Source of the DNA: Planctomycetota bacterium
Lineage (GTDB): Bacteria; Planctomycetota; GCA-002687715; DRQF01
NCBI GenBank assembly: GCA_027001995.1
Contig: JALTLO010000047.1
Coordinates: 1-13,987, forward strand
Length of the DNA stretch: 13,987 nucleotides
Reading direction: 5' to 3'
The notes under the pieces are model-generated. The model did no database searches. It saw only the letters and a program-made list of their open reading frames with translations, and was not told the DNA's origin. The position numbers and the translations under genes are program-made. Every line of letters starts with the position of its first letter. Positions within the stretch are counted from its first letter, which is position 1. Below, one piece after another: positions 7,659 to 13,987 of the stretch.

Positions 7659-9029
7659 ATGGACACAACCAAGCACATCGACCGAGCGGAAAAAGAAGCG
7701 GCTCGTAAGAACTACGATCTCGCCATTTCCATTTTCGATCAGGTGTTAGCCCTGGACCCAAATAGTGGCCCAGCAAGAACCGGGAAAAGACGGGCTGAAT
7801 TAGCCAAATTCGCTAAGAATTATCCCTCCCCATCAAGCACCCAAATCAAGAATCTGGGTCACAACTTCATGCGCGGCATCGCAAAGTTGTTCCGTATGCA
7901 CACAATGGCTGCGGCCCAGGCTGAAAAAGCCCTCTCCAATGACCCACGCAACGTGGCCCTCAACTTATCCTTGGGCCATTCACTCTTGGCGGCAGGCCAC
8001 ACAGCCGGGGCAGAAGCGGCCTTTGCGGTGGTCACAGAATTCGACAAGAACGACATCGATTCTCTGAAAATTCTGGGCAAGCTCTATTATGATAGCAAGA
8101 AGTATGAAGAATCGCTGAATTGTTACGAGCGCGTCCTCAAAGTCTCTCCCAGGGATCAAGAGTCGATCAAAATGAGAAAGAATCTTGCTGCGGAAGGTGC
8201 CATCAAGAGCGGTGGCTTCGACCAGGCAGGAAGCGCCCGTGACCTCACCAGAAGCGCCGACCAAATCAGTAATCAGGAAAAACGCCAGAAATTGGTGCGC
8301 ACCACCGAAGACCTCAATGCCGCCATTGACGAGCTCAAGGAAGCCGTGGCAGAGAACCAGGACGATGGCGATTCTTGGCTGCGCTTAGGTAGCCTCTATC
8401 AACAAGGCAGAAAGCTCAAAGAAGCCGAAGATGCCTATAGCCATGCCGTACGGCTAAAACCCGAAGACTACGAAATCGCTAACCGCTATGGCGATATCCG
8501 ACTTCAGCTCCTCGATGCTCAGGTGCGGCAATTGCGAGAAGAAATGAAAGCTGGGGAGGCCGGCGCCGACGATGACCTACGTTTGGCCCTGAAAGAAAGA
8601 CGAAATGTCCGTATCGACGAATTCCGTCGCCGGGTCAATGGGCACCCCACAGACACAGCCTTGCGGTATAAATTGGGTCAATTCCTCCTGGACGCCCACC
8701 AAGTAGACGATGCCATTGCCGAGCTCCAAATGGTCGTCAAAGACCCCCGCCGCAAGTATCAGGCTATGACTCTCATGGGCCGAGCTTTCTTACGTAAAGG
8801 CTTGGGAGACTTAGCGATAAAGCAATTGGAAGGAGCATTGGAAGGTTTAGGCGGGGTCAACGAAAAGAACTTGGAATTGGTCTATACCTTAGGCCAAGCC
8901 CAAGAGGAAGAAGGCCAATTGGAAGAGGCCCTGAACCGCTACACCCAGATATTCGAAATTGACATCAGCTTCAAAGATGTGTCCGACAAAATCAAAGACT
9001 TACGAGATAACTTGAAGAACGGGGCCTAA
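7659..9029 (+). CDS. Cytoplasmic multi-TPR protein
   Basis: 456 aa, no signal peptide, many TPR units (e.g. SLKILGKLYYDSKKYEESLNCYERVLKVSP; SWLRLGSLYQQGRKLKEAEDAYSHAVRLKP). AGGGG SD upstream. Confidence 0.9.
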   Translation: MDTTKHIDRAEKEAARKNYDLAISIFDQVLALDPNSGPARTGKRRAELAKFAKNYPSPSSTQIKNLGHNFMRGIAKLFRMHTMAAAQAEKALSNDPRNVALNLSLGHSLLAAGHTAGAEAAFAVVTEFDKNDIDSLKILGKLYYDSKKYEESLNCYERVLKVSPRDQESIKMRKNLAAEGAIKSGGFDQAGSARDLTRSADQISNQEKRQKLVRTTEDLNAAIDELKEAVAENQDDGDSWLRLGSLYQQGRKLKEAEDAYSHAVRLKPEDYEIANRYGDIRLQLLDAQVRQLREEMKAGEAGADDDLRLALKERRNVRIDEFRRRVNGHPTDTALRYKLGQFLLDAHQVDDAIAELQMVVKDPRRKYQAMTLMGRAFLRKGLGDLAIKQLEGALEGLGGVNEKNLELVYTLGQAQEEEGQLEEALNRYTQIFEIDISFKDVSDKIKDLRDNLKNGA

Positions 9030-9071
9030 GCACACAAACTGCGGCTCCAAGCAAGAAACAGAAGAAAAGAC

Positions 9072-9338
9072 ATGCCTAATTCAAAGCAAAAAGAAAAACG
9101 AGTTCGTCAAAACGACGTCCGCCGTATCCACAACCGAGGCCTCCGTTCAGCTATGAGAACCGCCATCAAGCGAGTTTCAGAGGCCGTAGAAGCTTCCAAC
9201 AAGGAAAGTGCCACCGCTGCCTTGGCCATGGCCATGAAGCGCATCGACAAGTGCGCTAAGCACAATATCGTCCACCGCAACAACGCCGCGCGCCGCAAGT
9301 CAAACTTGAGCCGCCTCGTTGCAACTTTGGGCTCATAG
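9072..9338 (+). CDS. rpsT: 30S ribosomal protein S20
   Basis: MPNSKQKEKRVRQNDVRRIHNR...SAMRTAIKR...IDKCAKHNIVHRNNAARRKSNL, the classic bS20 signature. Confidence 0.98.
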   Translation: MPNSKQKEKRVRQNDVRRIHNRGLRSAMRTAIKRVSEAVEASNKESATAALAMAMKRIDKCAKHNIVHRNNAARRKSNLSRLVATLGS

Positions 9339-9368
9339 CCCTCGGTTCGATAAGCAATCAAAACCAAG

Positions 9369-9406
9369 AGCCCCAGAACCTTCGCGTTTTGGGGCTATTG
9401 TCGTTT
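9369..9406 (+). terminator. Rho-independent terminator of rpsT
   Basis: AGCCCCAGAAC-CTTCGC-GTTTTGGGGCT (11 bp, one G-U pair that works only on the + strand), followed by ATTGTCGTTT, an imperfect U-tract. Confidence 0.75.
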
Positions 9407-9469
9407 CCGCACAGGGTCCCCATGGCCCAAACAACAAGCTGAATTACAGGCACTGAGCTCCGCCCCAAA

Positions 9470-9925
9470 GTGCAGACAGACTTCAGAGAGTTGTTAGCAT
9501 TGCTTACCCAGAACAACGTGGACTATCTCATCGTGGGAGGGTACGCTCTCGCATTCCACGGCGCTCCTAGATTCACAGGGGACATTGCTCTTCTGGTCCG
9601 CCCCACCAAGGAAAATGCTCAACAGGTTATGGCCTCTCTCTTAGAATTCGGATTTGGCTCCATTGGGCTCACAGAATCCGACTTCACCAAACACGATCAC
9701 ATCGTTCAGCTCGGCAAGCCCCCGGTCAGGATCGACATCATGACTTCCATCTCTGGTCTCTCATGGGAAGAAGCGGTCGAGAACCAAGTCGGAGGAACCT
9801 ATGGTGATGTGTCGGTCAACTTTATTGGACGACAGGATTTTATCGCCAACAAGAGAGCGAGTGGCCGTTTGAAGGACTTGGCAGACATCGAAGCACTTGG
9901 CGAATCTCCAAGCAACGAAAACTAA
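9470..9925 (+). CDS. Small Pol-beta-superfamily nucleotidyltransferase (DUF6036/AbiEii-like), possibly a pseudogene
   Basis: DFRELL...YLIVGGYALAFHGAPRFTGDIA...PPVRIDIMTSISG...FIANKRASGRLKDLADIEAL. The expected RxTxDxD reads RFTGDIA, and the GTG start has no SD. Confidence 0.85.
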   Translation: MQTDFRELLALLTQNNVDYLIVGGYALAFHGAPRFTGDIALLVRPTKENAQQVMASLLEFGFGSIGLTESDFTKHDHIVQLGKPPVRIDIMTSISGLSWEEAVENQVGGTYGDVSVNFIGRQDFIANKRASGRLKDLADIEALGESPSNEN

Positions 9926-9999
9926 ATCATGGTGAGCCACTTGCGCCCGAATACGAGCTGCGAACCTTCTCCAAAGACCTAAGCCAATAATTCACGACA

Positions 10000-10092
10000 C
10001 TCGCGGGTACACACCGTGCGTTTCCCTTCGTTCCCTGCGGTCAGGTTACGGGAGGACTTGCACCTCCAAGTCGGCAGTCATGCCGGGCACAC
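10000..10092 (-). mobile_element. Group IIC intron 5' fragment (start of domain I), truncated; no RT ORF or domains V/VI
   Basis: Minus strand GTGTGCCCGGCATGACTGCCGACTTGGAGGTGCAAGTCCTCCCGTAACCTGACCGCAGGGAACGAAGGGAAACGCACGGTGTGTACCCGCGAG. It has a GUGYG start, the first 14 nt match the Oceanobacillus iheyensis IIC intron start as I recall it, and it contains the GGAGG-TGCAAGT-CCTCC T-loop-type hairpin. It begins immediately after a terminator U-tract. The 3' boundary is approximate. Confidence 0.85.
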
Positions 10093-10125
10093 CAAAGAAA
10101 AGGGCGACCCCCAAAAGGGTCGCCC
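10093..10125 (-). terminator. Rho-independent terminator of the prenyltransferase-repeat gene (intron target site)
   Basis: Minus strand GGGCGACCC-TTTTGG-GGGTCGCCC-TTTTCTTTG: perfect 9-bp stem plus U-tract, 32 nt after the stop. Confidence 0.9.
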
Positions 10126-10157
10126 AATTCCAGAAACTCTAAGCTATGAGTCTTTGA

Positions 10158-11693
10158 CTACTTGCCGGTACCAAACACACGGCCATAGCGATAGTAAACT
10201 TCAAGACAGAGGGTCATCAAGGCCGTGGAGTAAACACGTCCACCTGTCTCACCCCAGGCTCCCTTAGGATCCCATGATCCGGAGAAGTTTCCATCAGCCC
10301 GCTGACGTTCGATAATGGCTTCGTTCATCGCCTCATTCCAGCTCTTCCAAGCCTCGCCACCAACTTGGAACATGGCCAAAGTGCCATAGTACCAGTAGTA
10401 CATGTCGATCGAGCCTTTCGCTTGATCCCACACAGGCAATTTCTTGGACAAGAGGTTTTCAACACCAAGCTTAATCATGCGCTCTTGTGCTGGATCTTGG
10501 CCGCAGAAAACACGGCAGCAGATACCAACAGCCGTCAAGGACTCAGACTCTTCCCCAGGGAATTCGTCTTTCTTGTTTGGCTCACGGACGGGAGGTTCGC
10601 CAGCGCGGATGTAACCAGTACGGCCGCTTTCCTCGTCAGTCATCTCCACGATCCAATCCAATGCCCAGCCAAAGCGACGCTCATCCAAGGAGATGTGGGC
10701 TGTCTTGGCTGACTTTAGAGCCATGACCATCCAGCCAGTCACAGAAGTATCATTCTGACCATCTGCTTCTTTGTAGCGCCAAGCCTTGTAAGGGTTTTGG
10801 CATTGTTGGACATAAGCAATGCCCTTTTCAGCACAACTCTTAAACAGCGGACTCTTGGTCAAACTGAAAGCCTCTGCCATGGCCAGGGCACCGATAGCAT
10901 GGTTATAGGTGAAGTTGGCAACGGTCTTTGAACCGAAACAGCCTTCGCCCCCTTGCTGGTCCCGGAGCCATTTGAGGCCCTTGGCAACAGTTGTCTTATA
11001 TTGGCCGTTACGGTGAGTTTCGCCAGCTCCCAAGAAGCAGAGCAAAGCCAAGCCAGTAACACCGACATCCCATTGTGGAGCACCTTTGCCATCAGCCAAT
11101 GGACCCTTTTGGGAATCGCCATTGTCCATGAAACCATCGCTATCCCAGCGTCCGTCTGGAGACTGATGCAATGCCAACCATTCCAAACCGCGGTCAACCG
11201 CAGCTTGAGCTTTGCGGCCACGACCACGACGTGCGCGCTTACGGCCACCACGGCGTCCACCGAAGCTACCGCCAGCACCACCACCCAGTCCGATGGCATC
11301 GTTGTTGCTCTTGGAATCCATCTTGTCCGAGATGAAGTCTTCTTCGCCAACGGTCTCTTCGTAATCTTCGTTGGTGTCGTCTTCGTCGTGGTCGTCAACT
11401 TCTTCGTCGACTTCGACCGGATCTTCCACCAATTCTTCTGGTTCAGGCTCTTCCTCGGGAGGTTCTTCTTCGATGATTTCCTCTTCCTCAGGAATCTCCT
11501 CCTCCATTTCCATCTTCGCTTGCTCAGGCTCGGGTTCCTCTTCAGGACCGCTCATGAAAAGCATCAAAATAATAACCACAATCGCGTGAACGGCTGCGGA
11601 GATCAAGAGCCACGGCGTCCGACTCAACTGTTCAACGAGGACGTCGTTAAAACTCTCCCCTTCAAACTGTTGGCGGTACATTTCGTAGGACAT
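10158..11693 (-). CDS. Membrane-anchored prenyltransferase/squalene-cyclase repeat (alpha/alpha toroid) protein
   Basis: AAGGAG SD 6 nt before ATG 11693 (GTG 11696 is an alternative). One TM helix, an acidic Glu/Pro linker and a Gly/Arg patch, then QW-like repeats: LEWLALHQSPDGRW, LKWLRDQQGGEGCF, YVQQCQNPYKAW, IERQRADGNFSGSW, plus DTSVTGW, YYWYYGT and GGRVYSTAL..LCLEVYYRY. Confidence 0.9.
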   Translation of the reverse strand: MSYEMYRQQFEGESFNDVLVEQLSRTPWLLISAAVHAIVVIILMLFMSGPEEEPEPEQAKMEMEEEIPEEEEIIEEEPPEEEPEPEELVEDPVEVDEEVDDHDEDDTNEDYEETVGEEDFISDKMDSKSNNDAIGLGGGAGGSFGGRRGGRKRARRGRGRKAQAAVDRGLEWLALHQSPDGRWDSDGFMDNGDSQKGPLADGKGAPQWDVGVTGLALLCFLGAGETHRNGQYKTTVAKGLKWLRDQQGGEGCFGSKTVANFTYNHAIGALAMAEAFSLTKSPLFKSCAEKGIAYVQQCQNPYKAWRYKEADGQNDTSVTGWMVMALKSAKTAHISLDERRFGWALDWIVEMTDEESGRTGYIRAGEPPVREPNKKDEFPGEESESLTAVGICCRVFCGQDPAQERMIKLGVENLLSKKLPVWDQAKGSIDMYYWYYGTLAMFQVGGEAWKSWNEAMNEAIIERQRADGNFSGSWDPKGAWGETGGRVYSTALMTLCLEVYYRYGRVFGTGK

Positions 11694-11801
11694 CACCCAC
11701 TCCTTTGGTCAACTGTCAGCTCAGAATCAGAGCTAACTCAAGTCAGAGGCTTGCTTTATGGCAGCAAGCCCTTGTTCGAAACTCGTCTCGGCAAAAAAAT
11801 G

Positions 11802-11826
11802 AACGGAGCCCTTACCCGAAGGTTCA
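11802..11826 (-). promoter_or_regulatory. Putative ECF-sigma promoter
   Basis: Minus strand TGAAC-CTTCGGGTAAGGGCTC-CGTT is AAC-N16-CGT, about 110 nt upstream of the start codon. Confidence 0.4.
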
Positions 11827-11908
11827 CCGATTCTCAGATTTCCTGCCACTTTCCCGGGACCACCTTTCCCTGCCAAAAACATCGGCATGGTGATCATAAA
11901 GCAATACA

Positions 11909-11954
11909 TATCAATGACTTAGAAACAGAACAAAAAGTCCTGCAAAAGTCATTG
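11909..11954. promoter_or_regulatory. IHF-consensus site forming one arm of a 9-bp inverted repeat
   Basis: TATCAATGACTTA (11909-11921) is an exact WATCAANNNNTTR match. CAATGACTT (11912-11920) and AAGTCATTG (11946-11954) are a perfect inverted pair in an AT-rich tract. Confidence 0.45.
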
Positions 11955-12048
11955 GTTTGAGTTGGGAAGGATACGTCTAAATAGAGTCTATGTCCATCCC
12001 GAGCAAGTTTTTACTGGGATGGCCATGGTGCCATGATTTCTGTGCTTA

Positions 12049-13092
12049 TTAGCGCTCTAAACCTCGCCTGATCAACTTCTTAAGGGAGGCAGGATAGATG
12101 TACGCTTTGTCCAGAAGATCCAATTCAACATCCCGGATGGCTCGATTAACTTTGGCCCATTGGCGGATCTGCCGAATCTTGGCTTGGGCTTCAGAAAACG
12201 GCACCACCCGCCCCTCGGCTTTGTCCTCTACCTTGATCAGCCAATAAGAATTGACGTGTTCAATAGGGCCAATGATGGCTCCCCCTGTGACTTTGGGGTC
12301 GAAGATGGCCTCTTCAATGATTTCCGGAACAAGAGCTCCCGCCCCTTTCTCTAAGGCCTCAATCAGTCCCCCGGAGTCTTTCGTGTCATGAGAGCTGTAG
12401 CGTTTGGCCAGAACGCCGAAATCGGCTTTCGTCTTGAGTTTCTGCTTGGCGCTCAAGAGTGTTTTTTTCTTCGACCGCCGATCTCCACGAACATTCTTGC
12501 GAAAATAGACTTGGATGACGCGCACCTTCGCGGTGGACTTAGTGGTGAATTCCTTCTTAAGATTCTTACGATAGTAAGCTCGTAACTCAGAAGGGCGAAC
12601 GGTGATGTTGTAGAGGGGTCTGAGCTCACGGGACAACCTAGCACCACCCCGTCCTGATACCACCCGTAGCCAGGCTGCCTGTTCCTGGGACCTTTGGAAT
12701 TCATCGTCAAACTGAGCCATGGATTGGCCCTTGCTCCGCAAGAAGGTCTCAAATTGCTCTTCGCCCCCTCGTTTCTCAATCTCACGGATCTTTCGGTTCT
12801 CTAATTCTTCTGGAGAAACCGCCACGCCGGACTTCTCGGCGGCTTCATCCCTCAAAGCCCGACGCACCAAAGTCGTGAGACGACCATTGAATTCGTATTC
12901 CTGCTCAGTCTTCGACATGGACTTGAGATCGACCTCGTCGGCCTTCAGAGATTCATAGATATCATAGCTAGTGATGACCGTTTTGTTCACGATGGCTACC
13001 ACTTGATTGTCGGTAACAATCTGAGCCATCAGACCGGTCCCGTTGACCAAAAAACCAACGACAAGGAACAGAATCATCTTAGGCGCGCACAT
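12049..13092 (-). CDS. SurA/PrsA-like periplasmic chaperone, parvulin-type peptidyl-prolyl isomerase
   Basis: Signal peptide; VVAIVNKTVITSYDI (SurA N-domain); AKVRVIQV...DFGVLAKRYS...SGGLI...IIGPIEHVNSYWLIKVEDK (parvulin). Its position downstream of mfd is a common arrangement. Confidence 0.9.
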   Translation of the reverse strand: MCAPKMILFLVVGFLVNGTGLMAQIVTDNQVVAIVNKTVITSYDIYESLKADEVDLKSMSKTEQEYEFNGRLTTLVRRALRDEAAEKSGVAVSPEELENRKIREIEKRGGEEQFETFLRSKGQSMAQFDDEFQRSQEQAAWLRVVSGRGGARLSRELRPLYNITVRPSELRAYYRKNLKKEFTTKSTAKVRVIQVYFRKNVRGDRRSKKKTLLSAKQKLKTKADFGVLAKRYSSHDTKDSGGLIEALEKGAGALVPEIIEEAIFDPKVTGGAIIGPIEHVNSYWLIKVEDKAEGRVVPFSEAQAKIRQIRQWAKVNRAIRDVELDLLDKAYIYPASLKKLIRRGLER

Positions 13093-13317
13093 CAGTCATT
13101 CTCCCAGCGATTGTTGGTCGAGGAAATCATCTACAACAAGAATACCATTTTAGCGACATCCTTGGACTGGTGAGTCGAATAGCCAAGACCACCATTTATC
13201 CATTATCTTCATCAATAGGGGGCCCAACAACCTTTGACTCCTCTAATCGCACAACCCAAGAGAACTATGAAGTCATAAATTGTGCAAATTCTGGCAAGAA
13301 GAAGGGCCAAGAGCCGC

Positions 13318-13987
13318 CTATTGCTGCTGGGAAACCTCAGATTCCAAAACCAGAGCAGCTTTCATGAGCTTGAGAGCCTCCGCCGGGGAATTGCACGCTT
13401 CCCCACTCACCAGCAAAACGTCTTTCTCAGCAATCACCCGATGCTCGACCCCAGAAGCGAGTAGCCTTCGCCGCACAGCTTTCATCCACCCAGGACGAAT
13501 CAACAACCCCCGACCAGCAGAGGTGGCCACCCGTTTCAATTCGTAGCGTTCGGCGATGGCGCGAATGCGACAGACGTCAATGAACTCATCAACAATTGTG
13601 GGTGGCCTGCCAAAGCGATCCTTCAACTCAGCTTTGACATCGTCAAACTCAGTATCACTATGACACCGACCGAGCTTGCGATAGATCTCTAGTTTCAGCT
13701 TGGGATCTTCAATGTAGGCCTTGGGAATGAACGCTTCGAAGTCGAGATTGAGGTCAACCTCGTCGGGGAGGACTGCCCGGGTCTTCTTCAGGTCTTTGAC
13801 TGCTGTTTCCAAAAGACGGCAATACATGTCGTAGCCCACCGCCGCAATATGCCCGCTCTGTTGGTGCCCGAGGAGGTTTCCAGCCCCACGAATCTCCAAG
13901 TCACGCATGGCGATGCGAAAACCACTGCCCAGATCATCAAATTCTTCAATCGCACGGATTCGCTTCTCCGCATCACCGGTCATAATC
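13318..13987 (-). CDS. mfd: Transcription-repair coupling factor, C-terminal part (5' end beyond the right edge)
   Basis: AEKRIRAIEEFDDLGSGFRIAMRDLEIRGAGNLLGHQQSGHIAAVGYDMYCRLL (TRG motif) and AFIPKAYI...KLEIYRKL...ELKDRFG (TRCF domain). The frame stays open to the edge. Confidence 0.98.
   Translation of the reverse strand, partial: IMTGDAEKRIRAIEEFDDLGSGFRIAMRDLEIRGAGNLLGHQQSGHIAAVGYDMYCRLLETAVKDLKKTRAVLPDEVDLNLDFEAFIPKAYIEDPKLKLEIYRKLGRCHSDTEFDDVKAELKDRFGRPPTIVDEFIDVCRIRAIAERYELKRVATSAGRGLLIRPGWMKAVRRRLLASGVEHRVIAEKDVLLVSGEACNSPAEALKLMKAALVLESEVSQQQ

Noticed and set aside
9440..9475. Selenocysteine readthrough of the in-frame TGA
   Set aside because: The downstream hairpin is only 5 bp and not convincingly SECIS-like, and the position lies outside the conserved domain.
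9926..10000. Possible integron attC site after the NTase gene
   Set aside because: No RYYYAAC…GTTRRRY pair or long imperfect palindrome (closest is ACCTAAG), and no integrase in the window.
10016..10267. 83-aa plus-strand ORF crossing the intron fragment
   Set aside because: Spans a terminator, the intron RNA and the antisense 3' end of a gene. No RT or other motifs.
11340..11545. TTC/TCC/GTC-rich low-complexity DNA as a tandem repeat or array
   Set aside because: Explained by Glu/Asp/Pro codons of the acidic linker. No fixed repeat-spacer period, so not CRISPR.
11834..11849. sigma54 -24/-12 promoter (TGGCAGGAAATCTGA, minus strand) suggested by the nearby IHF site
   Set aside because: Reads GG-N10-GA rather than the near-invariant GG-N10-GC.
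10953..11960. 335-aa plus-strand ORF with Thr/Ala- and Phe/Leu-rich stretches
   Set aside because: Antisense to the toroid gene. Its composition mirrors the Gly/Arg and Glu codons on the other strand.

Overview
Bacterial chromosomal segment, probably Planctomycetota or a related PVC lineage (inferred from the protein types, not proven). The housekeeping backbone is mfd (3' part), a SurA-like PPIase, rpsT, def-ribF and tRNA-Phe(GAA). Between these are poorly characterised genes: a thioredoxin-fold/HEAT-repeat protein running off the left edge and missing from the ORF track, a YkgJ-like Cys-cluster protein, a TPR protein with a degenerate gluzincin domain, an exported beta-rich protein with Arg/Gly inserts, a stand-alone SpoIIE/PP2C phosphatase, a cytoplasmic TPR protein and a membrane-anchored prenyltransferase/squalene-cyclase-repeat protein. 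Three things stand out. (1) A ~93-nt 5' fragment of a group IIC intron starts exactly after the U-tract of an intrinsic terminator (10092 to 10000, minus strand). (2) Next to it lies an orphan nucleotidyltransferase gene that looks to be decaying. (3) The prenyltransferase-repeat protein has a TonB/TolA-like S-x3-H transmembrane helix and a Glu/Pro linker, suggesting a PMF-motor-coupled periplasmic protein with a non-canonical effector domain. No CRISPR array, integrase, transposase or reverse transcriptase was seen. All family assignments come from motif recognition by eye.
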